This document shows positions 19,439 through 29,639 of a stretch of 64,000 nucleotides of DNA, one piece after another. The position numbers were made by a program, and so were the translations under genes. Under the pieces are notes generated by a model. It worked only from the letters and a program-made list of their open reading frames with translations, ran no database searches and was not told the origin of the DNA. This DNA is from an uncultured Helicobacter sp. Its GTDB lineage: Bacteria; Campylobacterota; Campylobacteria; Campylobacterales; UBA6016. Positions within the stretch are counted from its first letter, which is position 1, and the number at the start of each line of letters is the position of its first letter. The DNA lies in contig CAZVTM010000002.1 of the NCBI GenBank assembly GCA_964630205.1, positions 31,235-95,234 on the forward strand, read 5' to 3'.

Positions 19439-20867
19439 ATGAACTTTAAAAGCGTTGTAGCCGCTACGACTCTACTAGCCTCCATAGCCATTCCCCCAAC
19501 AACTACTTGCATTAAAAGCCACAGGTGAGGGTTCCGTAGCCATAGCTTCAAGCGACCCGCAAACAGTAAAAAGCACAGCCGAACGAAAGGCAATGGCCGA
19601 TGCAGTAATATCGGCAATCAAAAAGCTCCAAGGCTCAATAAACGTACCGCCGGAAGATCCCAGAATACTTCAGTTAATTAAGCAAAGAGATTCATTTTTA
19701 AAAAGCGAACCTAAGATTGAGAGAGATAAATCCGATTCCGCCCTTTATGCGGTAAAAATAACGCTTGATATTGACGATACGGCTTTTGTTGAAGAACTCG
19801 GAAATGTTCGGCTCGGAGCTTTAAACAATAAAACGGAAAATCTTGGGAGTATAGTTGTTTTTATAGACGAAGCGGTAAAAAGAGATATGCTAAATGCAAG
19901 CGAAGTTCCGCTTGAAGAGAGGATAGACTACAAAAGAGACAATAGCAAAAGCTACAAAGAGAACACATCAAAAAGTTCGGCTTCATATAGTGCATCAAGT
20001 ATGAGCATAAAAGATAAAAGTTCGGCTTCATATAGCGATAAAAGCTCAGCTTCAGGAAGGGCAAGCTCGGAGGCATCATACGACGATAAATATGCCGCCA
20101 GAGCCTCATCGCAAGCCGCAGTATCCGGAAACGGCGTAGGCGCATACGGCAGAGACGATGCCGCAGTTGCCGCAAGCTCAAAAGGCTCCGCAAAACAATC
20201 GGCTAGTTATGCCGCTAGTAGCGAATCGAAAGGGGCATATAGCAAGGATTTTCAAGCATCGGCGTCGAGTGCGTCTAGCAAAAGCTCAGCTTCTTCAAGA
20301 AACGTAAATAGCCAAGTTAACGATAAAGAGGAGTACCACTACTCAAAAACCATCAATACCGAAGTTTTAAAACCGCAAAGTTCACTAAACGACGCTATGA
20401 AAAATGAACTTGAATCGGCACTCGGAAAATTCGGCGTAACTTTTGAAGATGGAAGCGGAATGTTGGCCGACTTCAATAAAGTATCAAAGAAAAAATATGC
20501 TTCATACAATGAAGCCATGAGAAATGATGGCGATAATTTTAAAAATTTTATCCGCAAAAAAAGACCTAGTGCAAGCTATATAGGTATTGGAACTCTTGAG
20601 ATAGGCTACAATCCATCCAAGGACTCTACCGGTGATTTTAGATGCGGATTGAATGCGGGAACGATTAGTATCATCCCGCTAAAAACAAATGCGAAACTTC
20701 CTGGCGGCTCACTCAAAACCATCAAGAAAAGCGACTCCACATCTGAAGGTTGTATGAATAATATCAGGATTGATTCGGCTACGGAACTGGGAGCAAAAAT
20801 AGGTTCTTTGATTCAAAAAAATGCCAAGGACAAAGATTTGAAGGCAAAACAGGAGATGTTTGATTGA
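19439..20867 (+). pseudogene. Secreted LPP20/FlgP-like protein with Ser/Ala-rich linker; signal-peptide exon out of frame
   Basis: AGAGG RBS plus the ATG at 19439 encodes MNFKSVVAATTLLASIA..., then hits TGA at 19526. The 424-aa body (track ORF from 19593) is open from 19488 in the +1 frame. Loss of one base, for example in the C5 run 19493-19497, joins them. The mature N-terminus ATGEGS...AERKAMADAV..LQG resembles the LPP20/FlgP family (weak). Confidence 0.6.
19971..20035 (+). repeat. Exact 20-nt direct repeat 45 nt apart within the Ser-rich coding region
   Basis: AAAAGTTCGGCTTCATATAG occurs at 19971-19990 and 20016-20035, encoding KSSASYS twice. Further degenerate SSAS units follow. Confidence 0.8.
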
Positions 20868-22897
20868 CGACAATAAGTCTACACAAAAAAATAAGCTCCG
20901 TATTGGCGACACTACTTGCGTCTGCCGTATCCGCCGTTGCCGGAGATTCTTTTGCTATCTGAGCACCGAAAATGGTAATAACCGAGGATAGTATCGAAAA
21001 AAACCAAGCATTTCACTACTCCAAAGGGGCAAATAGCCAGAATATCCTAGAGGCTTTTAATACGGCAATAAGGAAATATTATCCGGATATAAAAACAGAG
21101 CTTGATAAAAAAAATGTAAAAAATAGTTTTGCCGTTTATCTGAAAGTCTCAAGAGCCTCAATATACGAAGAGCAGTTGCCTAACTCATCGGTAAAAAGCT
21201 ACACTCTACCTGTAACTGCCAGTATAAACTTTATCAATATGGCAAACGGCGATATTATCTACTCCCACTCATACACAAATATTGTTCAGGGAAATTTGGC
21301 CGCATCCGGAGACGAAAAAATAAAAAAACTAGCCGAATGGTATACAACTGGATATTCATCGCTATTTGAACACCTAGCAAAAGAAGCTAGTCAAAAATTT
21401 AAGCCACATAAACTATCTACAAAAGTCATTGGAAAATACGACGGCCTATTGATACTTGATAAAGGGCTAGACGGTGGCATAGCCAAAGGTGATACGCTAG
21501 ACAGGGAAAACGGAAGCGTAGAAGTCTTATATTCCGCAAACGGATACTCCATAGGTCAGGATGAATTCCCAAAGTATCCAAGTCAAGATGGTGATATTCT
21601 CGTAAAAACATACAACGGCTCTTTGGACGGTGTAAAAAAACCAAGAGTTACGCTGCTGGATATATCAACCGATAAGCAAATCGGGGATTTGCCGCCGGAA
21701 CAAATGCTTTACGATGTTTTTTCGGACAAAATAGCACAACAAAGCAGTTTTACCGTCACTTCGATCGGCAAAGATTTTTATGCTGCCAAACGAGACATTA
21801 TTTCAAAGTCAGGTGTAAGAGTACTGGAGGGCAAAAGATCAGTACCAGATTATTATATCAGACTCTCGTATGACGGCCCATTTTACTACTCAGCTCCGAC
21901 GAATCTCGACTATGCAGAACAAAGGCATTATTATGCCGGAGCATGCGGCGAACTTGTGGACATAAGCGGCAGAGTATTTCACAGCGACTGTGCATTTGAC
22001 AATATCTCCGATGAGATTGTCCACGGCAAGGGACTCTCCAAAAGCTCAAGATATGAGACGGTAATGAAAAATGCGACGTTATCATTGGCGGAGTCTTTCT
22101 CAAAAGGAGTTTCGTTTGATAAAGTCTCATACAAAATCACAAATCTAAAAGCCTCAAAAATAGAGTTTGAAGATGAAAAAAACCTATTGGCCCCCGGCGC
22201 ATCTATCACAATATATAAAAATATCGGTTCGGTGGGCGACAAAAAAGACGTTTTAATCCCCATTCAGGAAGCAACCATAGATGAGAAAAAAGAAGGTACT
22301 GCGATTGCAACCTTGGATTCCATCAAAATAACTCCGAAGCTAAACGTAGAGAAAGGTGATTTTATAGTCGAAGATATAGTGTCCGCAAACACTCCGTCAG
22401 ACGCAAAGCTATTTAGTTTTTGCGCAAAATCAGGGAAAATGGATATCGGCACTATTGACGGGTATGACTCTGTGACTAGATATTTAGTAAAAAAAACTTT
22501 TAAACAATTACTATATGACGGGCAAGGGCTAACGGAGGCTATACGAAAAAATATAGATGAAGCGAAATTTGAGCACACGCCGAAAGTTACGACCCCCTCC
22601 ACAAAATACTGCGTTCAGCCCCTATACTGGCTTGAGCCTAAAGGCAAAAAACAGTCTGAACATATCGGCTTTGAAACCGCATTATTTGACATAACATCTG
22701 GCTTCAGGATTTATGAAACAAATGAAATCAAAAACAAAACACCGAAAGATGCCGCCTTTGTATCCAAAAAATCATTCGAAACAAATCTTGCACTCGAAAT
22801 CCCAATAAAAAGTTCGAAAGAGTACCTCAGGATAGAGCTTTTGAAAAATTCATTGCCTAGCTTTAGCTCGTCAGTATCATCCATTCAAACACCGTAA
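20864..22897 (+). pseudogene. Large secreted protein gene interrupted by an in-frame TGA directly after its signal peptide (downstream ORF 20972..22897 intact)
   Basis: AGGAG is 8 nt upstream of the TTG at 20864 (TTGA overlap with the previous stop). It encodes MTTISLHKKISSVLATLLASAVSAVAGDSFAI, then TGA at 20960-20962, then APK-MVITEDS... in the same frame. The ATG at 20972 has only a weak RBS. Confidence 0.6.
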
Positions 22898-22909
22898 GGA
22901 TTAGAGTAA

Positions 22910-23329
22910 ATGAAAAAAGTCGCAATGCTACTTTGTATTACCGGATTGCTTTTCGGAGAGTCGTCAAGCCATGCAGAATCTAGTTCTTCCTCTTTTAGCT
23001 CCTCCTCTTCGCAAAGTTTCTCTAAAACTATCACCGACGACAAGGTAAGCTCAAATACAAAAAAATATGTTGAATCTTCAAACGGCAACGAAGTGTTATT
23101 TTCACTTGGAAAAAACACACAAACACTATCCGGCTCCCTATTTGTCAAACAAGGCAATATAAGTTGCGAATTTACCGATAAAGAATTGACAAAAAACGGA
23201 AGCACATATGTGTTTAAAGACCGTGACAGCGGATGTATTTTTACGATAAAAAATAACTCTAAATCAATTTCCGTAGACTACACAAAAACCAAGTGTATTA
23301 ACGCCGGATACTGTAAAATAAGGCAATAA
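22910..23329 (+). CDS. Secreted Ser-rich small protein
   Basis: 139 aa with signal peptide MKKVAMLLCITGLLFG, followed by SSSHAESSSSSFSSSSSQS. Confidence 0.7.
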   Translation: MKKVAMLLCITGLLFGESSSHAESSSSSFSSSSSQSFSKTITDDKVSSNTKKYVESSNGNEVLFSLGKNTQTLSGSLFVKQGNISCEFTDKELTKNGSTYVFKDRDSGCIFTIKNNSKSISVDYTKTKCINAGYCKIRQ

Positions 23330-23331
23330 CG

Positions 23332-23559
23332 ATGAATAATAATCAGCAATCAACACTGTTAGGCATTATCGCATTTTTGTGTTTTGTCAATTTATTAATA
23401 GGAGCCTATCTCCTAAAAAATACATTTGACAAGAACGAGCAAGACGTAACTCCAAACGTAAGCACCGAAAAAAACTACGATGAACTAAATGAAAAGCTTG
23501 ATAAGTTTTTTGAAAAACAAAATCAAGATATGCAAAAACTTTTTGAAGGAAATAAATGA
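23332..23559 (+). CDS. Small single-pass membrane protein
   Basis: 75 aa with one TM (LLGIIAFLCFVNLLIGAYLL). Tightly packed between its neighbours, with a 4-nt overlap downstream. Confidence 0.55.
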   Translation: MNNNQQSTLLGIIAFLCFVNLLIGAYLLKNTFDKNEQDVTPNVSTEKNYDELNEKLDKFFEKQNQDMQKLFEGNK

Positions 23560-23939
23560 AAATTGGATTATCTCTGGCGACACTTGTTTTGTCGATATTA
23601 TTTGCAGGGTGTGCCTCTTATCAAACGCATACACACGTTGGTGGACAAACCGAAAAACCAAGTATATCCGGAATAGAAAACAAAAACGGTTCTCTGACGC
23701 TTACTCTAAAAGGAAGTTCATATTATGGAAATCTTGTATTTGATGCAAAAAAGAGATTTGAATTACACCCTATGATTGCAAATATCACAGGTAATGCAAA
23801 AGGGCATTTGGTGTCAAAAACAGGCAAAACAATCACCTGCGTGATGGAACTAATGGAAGAGACAAAAAGCGGCACAGGATATTGCTTAGAAGAGGACAAT
23901 CCTCAAATTTTAAAATTTAGTGTAATTAATATGGACTAA
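23556..23939 (+). CDS. Lipoprotein
   Basis: 127 aa with a lipobox (LSILFAGC) after a hydrophobic leader. Confidence 0.7.
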   Translation: MKIGLSLATLVLSILFAGCASYQTHTHVGGQTEKPSISGIENKNGSLTLTLKGSSYYGNLVFDAKKRFELHPMIANITGNAKGHLVSKTGKTITCVMELMEETKSGTGYCLEEDNPQILKFSVINMD

Positions 23940-24016
23940 GCGGAATCGCCTAATAACTGGCGCAATACACAAAAACCAAAAACCGCTATAATTGCCAAAA
24001 AAATTTTGGGATACCG

Positions 24017-26116
24017 ATGCGAAAAATAGTGCAATACGATAAAAAAACGGCCATATTATTTGCCATAGCTTTTTTGATCAGTTTTTTTGCCCGTATGTAT
24101 TGGGTGGATTACGCTTCAAACGTCGAAGAGTACAAATTTAACAATCAGGTTATGATCAATACGAACGACGGCTACTTCTATGCCGAAGGGGCAAGAGATC
24201 TTATCAAAGGCTCTCACGAGGCAGGAGATAGAAGCGCCGTCACAGAACCGGTGGCTATAGCTACCGCCGCTCTATACAAAATCCTCCCTTTTTCAATAGA
24301 AACGCTAATGCTATATATGCCGGCTGTACTGGGCTCACTAGTCGTAATCCCCGTTATTTTGATAGGTAGATTTTTTGGCCAGCCTATGATGGGCTTTTTT
24401 GCGGCGATGTTTGGCGCAATTACCCACAGCTACTACAACCGCACAATGGCGGGATACTATGATAGCGATATGTTCGCCCTTGTCGTGCCCCCTTTTGCCG
24501 CTGCATTTCTCATCGGCTACTTCAAAGAAAAAAGAATTTTGTGGCAAGCGCTGTTTTTGGCCTCTCTCGCCCTCTCAAAAATACTTTACCCGCAGTCTTT
24601 TGCGTGGATGGCGGCGACGGTCGGTTTTGCGTTTTTGTATACGCTAGTTTTTGATAGAAAAAACAAAGAGATATACCTAACTCTCATACTTGCGCTTATT
24701 GCTGTTTGCGACTTGCCTACGGCGGCAAAAGCAGTCATTATAACGGCTAGTTTGTACTTTCAGCCAAGATTGACGCTTGACTACAAATCGTTAATTGCTT
24801 TTGCAATAGCGGCACTGGCCGTATTTGCATATTTTGGGGGTCTGACTCCGGTAATCGGGTCGTTAAACGCATACCTTTTCAAAGACAGCCTAACGGTAAC
24901 AAGTACGCTCAAATACTATGACGTAGTGCAGACGGTACAGGAAGCAGGCAAGATGGACCCAAACCTGTTTGCCTCCCGAATATCAGGCTCAATGCCTATC
25001 TTTATCGCCGCAATTATCGGTTATGGACTTTTTATCAAAAAAGAGAAGCTTTTTGCCCTGACCCTTCCTATTTTCGGGCTTGGGCTTTTTGCTTATTTTA
25101 GCGGCCTTAGATTTACTGTTTATGCTGTTCCATTCGCCGCTCTCGGGCTTTTTTATCTGATTTTTTGGGGACTCAAAAATCTTGACGAACGGGCAAAAAT
25201 AGCGGTTGCCTCACTCTCATTTCTCATAGCCTCTATACCAAACTTCTACCATATCTACGACTACAAAGTCGACACGGTATTTCCAAGCGGGATAGTCAAG
25301 CAGATTTCAGAGCTTGGCAAAAAAGCGTCAAGAGAGGATTATGTTTTTACATGGTGGGATTACGGCTATCCGGTTAGATATTACGCCGATGTCAAAAACC
25401 ACTCCGACGGCGGCAAACACGACGGAGCAACTAACTTTATAGAGTCTTTTATTATCTGCTCGACTAGTCAAAATGCGGCGGCAAACATGATGAGAGAGTC
25501 CGTAGAGGCTTACGAGGAGCTAATAAAGCAAGGTAAAGAGCAAAAAACGGCAACACTAGAGTATATGCTCGCCAAAAACGGCTTCAAAAACGAAGATTAT
25601 CAGCAATATCTATCGGCGCTAGCCTCAAATACTCATAAAAAAAGTGTAAAAACGAGAGATGTCTATCTATTTTTGCCATACGAAATGTTTGGAATACTCC
25701 CAACCATAAAGCTATTTTCAAATGTTGATTTGAATACCGGAGCTGAAGTCTCAAGTCCGTCTTTTTTGATGTTCAACCACTATAACGAAACTGAAGATAG
25801 CATAGATTTCGGCGGTGCAGTTTTTGACAAAAAAACAAAAACCATAAAATTCGGCGAAAAAACAATACACCTCAAAAGCGTAAGCATCTCCTATTACGAC
25901 AAAAACGGCACACTCGCAACCAAAACCGACAGCGGCTCCAGCACCGGAGAGCTACACCTCATATCGCTTCCGACATACGGCGCATACATACTAGCGGATG
26001 ATGAGATGTTTAACTCGCTATTCATACAAATGTTTGTCTTTGAAAATTACGACAGGAATCTATTTGAAAAAGTCTCAAGCACATATGAGGCAAAAATCTT
26101 TAGGCTCAAAATCTGA
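24017..26116 (+). CDS. pglB: Oligosaccharyltransferase PglB (STT3 family)
   Basis: 699 aa with a polytopic N-terminal half and the catalytic WWDYGY motif ([13 protein letters not shown]). Followed by pglC and pglD. Confidence 0.95.
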   Translation: MRKIVQYDKKTAILFAIAFLISFFARMYWVDYASNVEEYKFNNQVMINTNDGYFYAEGARDLIKGSHEAGDRSAVTEPVAIATAALYKILPFSIETLMLYMPAVLGSLVVIPVILIGRFFGQPMMGFFAAMFGAITHSYYNRTMAGYYDSDMFALVVPPFAAAFLIGYFKEKRILWQALFLASLALSKILYPQSFAWMAATVGFAFLYTLVFDRKNKEIYLTLILALIAVCDLPTAAKAVIITASLYFQPRLTLDYKSLIAFAIAALAVFAYFGGLTPVIGSLNAYLFKDSLTVTSTLKYYDVVQTVQEAGKMDPNLFASRISGSMPIFIAAIIGYGLFIKKEKLFALTLPIFGLGLFAYFSGLRFTVYAVPFAALGLFYLIFWGLKNLDERAKIAVASLSFLIASIPNFYHIYDYKVDTVFPSGIVKQISELGKKASREDYVFTWWDYGYPVRYYADVKNHSDGGKHDGATNFIESFIICSTSQNAAANMMRESVEAYEELIKQGKEQKTATLEYMLAKNGFKNEDYQQYLSALASNTHKKSVKTRDVYLFLPYEMFGILPTIKLFSNVDLNTGAEVSSPSFLMFNHYNETEDSIDFGGAVFDKKTKTIKFGEKTIHLKSVSISYYDKNGTLATKTDSGSSTGELHLISLPTYGAYILADDEMFNSLFIQMFVFENYDRNLFEKVSSTYEAKIFRLKI

Positions 26117-26118
26117 CG

Positions 26119-26727
26119 ATGTACAAAGCGGTATTCAAAAGGGTGTTTGATTTTTTGCTAGCGCTTTTTTTGTGCACGATTTTTCTGCCGATTTTTGCGG
26201 TCACTTTTTTTGTTGTTAGAGCCAAGCTAGGCTCTCCCGTCTTTTTCACCCAAGAACGCCCGGGGATAGGCGGTAAGATATTTAAAATTTATAAATTCCG
26301 TACAATGACAAACGAGCGAGACGAAAGCGGCGAGCTACTTCCAGACGAAGCAAGGCTAAAAGGGGTCGGCAAGACGATAAGACGGCTAAGCCTAGACGAG
26401 CTACCGCAACTACTCAATGTCCTAAAAGGGGAGATGAGCTTCGTAGGGCCCCGCCCGCTTCTGCCCGAGTACCTCCCGCTATACAACGCTAGACAAGCCA
26501 CGAGGCACACCGTACTCCCAGGTATCACGGGTCTAGCGCAGGTGATGGGGCGAAATGCGATAAGCTGGGGCGAAAAACTGGAGTGGGATGCAAAATACGT
26601 CGAAAACATATCATTCAAACTAGACCTCCAAATCATCCTCTGGACGGTAAAAAAAGTCCTAAAAAGCGAGGGGGTCAGCAAAGATGGGATGGCGACGACC
26701 GATAAGTTTACTGGAAATAACGGTTGA
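26119..26727 (+). CDS. pglC: Undecaprenyl-phosphate diNAcBac-1-phosphate transferase PglC
   Basis: 202 aa, near-collinear with C. jejuni PglC (KRxFDFxLAL, KIYKFRTM, [22 protein letters not shown]). Confidence 0.93.
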   Translation: MYKAVFKRVFDFLLALFLCTIFLPIFAVTFFVVRAKLGSPVFFTQERPGIGGKIFKIYKFRTMTNERDESGELLPDEARLKGVGKTIRRLSLDELPQLLNVLKGEMSFVGPRPLLPEYLPLYNARQATRHTVLPGITGLAQVMGRNAISWGEKLEWDAKYVENISFKLDLQIILWTVKKVLKSEGVSKDGMATTDKFTGNNG

Positions 26728-27329
26728 AAAAGATATACATCTACGGAGCAAGCGGTCACGGCAAAGTGATAGCCGACATAGCGAGAGCTTGCGGTTATGA
26801 GATAGAGGGTTTCGTAGACGATGACCCCCTCAAAACCGAATTTTGCGGCTACCCCTGCATCAGAGGGGGGCAGATGGAGCAAACTATCGCCGTAGCTGTC
26901 GCCATAGGTGGAAACAAGGCCAGAAAAGCGGTATTTGAGAGGTTAAAATCAAACGGCTATAGCCTCCCCGCCCTCACCCATCCAACCGCCGTAGTATCTC
27001 CGTCCGCCTCGGTGGGTGAAGGCTCGGTCGTTATGCCCCTTTGCGTCATAAACGCCTACGCATCTATCGGGGTCGGCTGTATCATCAATAGCGGGGGCAT
27101 AGTTGAGCATGACTGCACAATCGGTGATTTTGTCCACATCTCCCCAAACGCCGCCCTTGCGGGGGGTGTCCATGTCGGCAATATGAGCCACATCGGCATC
27201 GGCGCAACCGTCATCCAACTCATAAAAATCGGCAAGGACTGCACTATCGGAGCCGGAGCCGCTGTAGTCTCCGACATTTCAGACGGTGCAACGGCTGTGG
27301 GCGTACCGGCTAAAGTCATCATCAAATAG
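26724..27329 (+). CDS. pglD: UDP-4-amino-sugar N-acetyltransferase PglD (NeuD/hexapeptide family)
   Basis: [12 protein letters not shown]-terminus, hexapeptide repeats, GVPAK C-terminus. 4-nt overlap with pglC. Confidence 0.9.
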   Translation: MKKIYIYGASGHGKVIADIARACGYEIEGFVDDDPLKTEFCGYPCIRGGQMEQTIAVAVAIGGNKARKAVFERLKSNGYSLPALTHPTAVVSPSASVGEGSVVMPLCVINAYASIGVGCIINSGGIVEHDCTIGDFVHISPNAALAGGVHVGNMSHIGIGATVIQLIKIGKDCTIGAGAAVVSDISDGATAVGVPAKVIIK

Positions 27330-27338
27330 AGGCCTGAT

Positions 27339-28344
27339 ATGAATAACTTGACGCAAAACGACAATCTATACCAAAGCGTCAAAAACATCCTCCAAACCGC
27401 AAGAGACAACGCCTACAGACAAGTCAACTTCATCATGGTTGAGGCGTATTGGAATAATCGTAGAGGAAGAACAAAACGGCAAAGACAGGGCGGAGTACGG
27501 CTCATATCTCATCAAAGAGCTTTCATCGAGGCTAACGAGCGAGTTTGGCAAGGGGTTTACGGCTAGCAACTTGAAAATGATGAGGCAGTTTTATCTTGCT
27601 TTTCCAATTGGACACACACTGTGTGACCAATTGAGCTGGAGCCATTATCGCCTTATTATGAGGCTAGACAATCCACAAGCCAGACTTTGGTATATGGAAG
27701 AATCCGCCAAAGCAAACTGGAGCGTACGGGCGCTAGAGCGGCAAATCGGAACATTTTATTACGAGCGGATAATATCGAGCAAAGATAAACAACCCGTAAT
27801 AGCGGAAGCGACAAGCAATACCAAAGACCTACAACTCACCCCAAAAGACATCATCAAAGACCCTTATGTGTTGGAGTTTTTGGATCTCAAGCAAAACAAT
27901 GCTTTTTATGAAAGCGACTTAGAATCCGCCCTTATCGAAAAAATACAGGAATTTTTGCTGGAACTTGGGCGTGGGTTTGCTTTTGTAGCGAGGCAAAAGA
28001 GGGTCAAGACCGAGGCGAGCGATTTTTATATTGACCTAGTTTTTTACAACTACATCCTCAAATGCTTCGTCCTCATAGACCTCAAAAGCGGCAAACTAAC
28101 CCATCAAGATGTCGGTCAGATGGATATGTATGTGCGGATGTACAACGATATGGAAAAAGCCGAAAACGACAATCCGACGATAGGTATCATACTCTGCACC
28201 GACAAAGACAACACCGTCGTCAAATACTCTGTTTTGAATGAAAACGAAAATTTGTTTGTCTCGAAGTATCAGCTGTATTTGCCGACGGAAGAGGAACTAA
28301 AAAGAGAGATTGAGAGGGATGTTTTGGAGCTTGGGCGGCGGTAG
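27339..28344 (+). pseudogene. DUF1016/YhcG-type PD-(D/E)xK nuclease gene, frameshifted
   Basis: The N-terminal 35 aa (..ARDNAYRQVNFIMVEAYW) and the body (IGIIVEEEQNGKDRAEYGSYLIKELSSRL..GKGF..NL..MRQFY) are in different frames. The break is at about 27447-27460, where TATTGG and ATTGGA share nucleotides. The C-terminus has the D..ExK-like core (IDLVFYN..VLIDLK). Confidence 0.7.
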
Positions 28345-28489
28345 TTTTGTGTGGAAAAAAGTAGTCTGCCCTCGTCTTTTGTATAAGATCGAAATTGCCA
28401 CCGCTCGGTGCCGGAATAAAAAGTATCAAAGACGCTTTAAAAAGTGATTTATCGACTATAGACTTCGATAAACAGACAAAGGACTAATT

Positions 28490-28762
28490 ATGCTAAGAGA
28501 TAAAAATGGACAATACCTAAAGGAAGGGGATTATATTTGTATATGCGATAAGTATTTGGTGCAAATTCATGAATTTCCAAGCGTAGGCATGGGATTTAAT
28601 GTAAAAGATATTTGTGGAGGCTGCCCTACTATCGACCCCGGTTGCCTCAAGGCAAACCATAGAAATATTGGTAATACTCAAGGACAAATACCATTAAGCT
28701 TTTTAGATTTGACAAAGATTGAAAAATGCACAAAAGAAGAAAGGCTAGAACTTTGTATTTGA
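28490..28762 (+). CDS. Hypothetical Cys-rich small protein
   Basis: 90-aa ORF inside the low-GC insert. No recognisable motif, and coding status is unverified. Confidence 0.35.
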   Translation: MLRDKNGQYLKEGDYICICDKYLVQIHEFPSVGMGFNVKDICGGCPTIDPGCLKANHRNIGNTQGQIPLSFLDLTKIEKCTKEERLELCI

Positions 28763-28770
28763 CGGAAAAT

Positions 28771-28778
28771 GGGGGGGG
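28771..28778 (+). repeat. Intergenic poly-G (G8) tract
   Basis: Direct read: aaaat-gggggggg-ttagg, 9 nt after the stop of the 28490 ORF and 120 nt upstream of the 28898 ORF. Confidence 0.9.
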
Positions 28779-28897
28779 TTAGGTATATTCAATCTTCACT
28801 TTTCCCTCACTTTCGCCCTCTCGAACGGGAGCGCATATAGCACACGGTCTATGCAAAATAACACCGGCTTTATCTGAACATCTGTTATAATCACAAA

Positions 28898-29131
28898 ATG
28901 AACGAAAAAGACCAAATCGATAAGCTTTCAAAAATCGCCGATATTGTCAACAAAAAGCTTATAGCTCTTTTGGCGATAGATGGCGGGGTTGGGGCATATG
29001 CCGTGAAATTTATAGAGCAAAACAATGTTTTTGGTTATGCTCTCGGCATGATATTTATCGTAGTATCTATCGGCGTGGCTTATAACTACAATGAGTTAAA
29101 CAGACTCAAACAAGCGGTGGAGGAATTATAA
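28898..29131 (+). CDS. Small two-TM membrane protein
   Basis: 77 aa with two hydrophobic helices. Confidence 0.45.
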   Translation: MNEKDQIDKLSKIADIVNKKLIALLAIDGGVGAYAVKFIEQNNVFGYALGMIFIVVSIGVAYNYNELNRLKQAVEEL

Positions 29132-29132
29132 A

Positions 29133-29237
29133 ATGGAAGATATAGGACTTTTGGGCTTAGCTGTAGGTTTTGTGTTTGCTTGGATAGTAGGGTATATTGC
29201 CCACAAAAAACACTGGAAAATTGGAAATATTTTTTAA
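29133..29237 (+). CDS. 34-aa single-TM peptide (not in ORF track)
   Basis: GGAGG is 9 nt upstream of the ATG at 29133. Product: MEDIGLLGLAVGFVFAWIVGYIAHKKHWKIGNIF. Starts 1 nt after the previous stop. Confidence 0.35.
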   Translation: MEDIGLLGLAVGFVFAWIVGYIAHKKHWKIGNIF

Positions 29238-29326
29238 ACTCATACAGATGACATCCAATGGCACCGTAAGCCAATCCAAGCTAATTATCGAAAAAGGTGT
29301 GGGCTATTTTTTAAAGAAGCTTCAAA

Positions 29327-29638
29327 TCAATACCCCTGAATAATCAAATCCATAGCTTCAAAAATTTCAGCCCTATAGTCGCCAATATTTTGAATAGGCT
29401 TTGTCAACTCTTCAGCAGGATATGAAGCTAGTTCATCAAATAGTGCGATATATTTTTTGCCCTTTATTGTTATACCAAGATGTAGCGTTTTTACGGGGAA
29501 TTTTATCATTGAAGACGGTGTTAACGGAACTACGATTCTTGTGGCTAGTTTTTTAAGCGTATCAGACTGAATGTCTAGCAGATAAGGAAACTCTTTGTTT
29601 GTGGCTCTGTTTTTGTTGGCATAGACATCAAATTGCAT
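29327..29638 (-). CDS. ccdB: CcdB-family gyrase-poisoning toxin
   Basis: 103 aa with MQFDVY....... and LLDIQSD....L.TR.V.PL, collinear with F-plasmid CcdB (MQFKVY..LFVDVQSD..RRMVIPL). Confidence 0.85.
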   Translation of the reverse strand: MQFDVYANKNRATNKEFPYLLDIQSDTLKKLATRIVVPLTPSSMIKFPVKTLHLGITIKGKKYIALFDELASYPAEELTKPIQNIGDYRAEIFEAMDLIIQGY

Positions 29639-29639
29639 A

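Noticed and set aside
20960-20962. The in-frame TGA as a selenocysteine codon.
   Set aside because: I could not find a SECIS-like stem-loop in the 40 nt following the TGA; only a 3-bp GGT/ACC pairing is present. Nothing in the protein context suggests a redox Cys/Sec site. A nonsense mutation or readthrough is more plausible.
18689-23939. Bacterial N-glycosylation sequons (D/E-X-N-X-S/T) in the cassette proteins next to pglB.
   Set aside because: I scanned every Asn in all six products by eye. Several N-X-S/T sites exist (for example PENIT, RENGS, FDNIS, KENTS), but none has D/E at position -2. There is therefore no support for these being PglB substrates on the canonical sequon.
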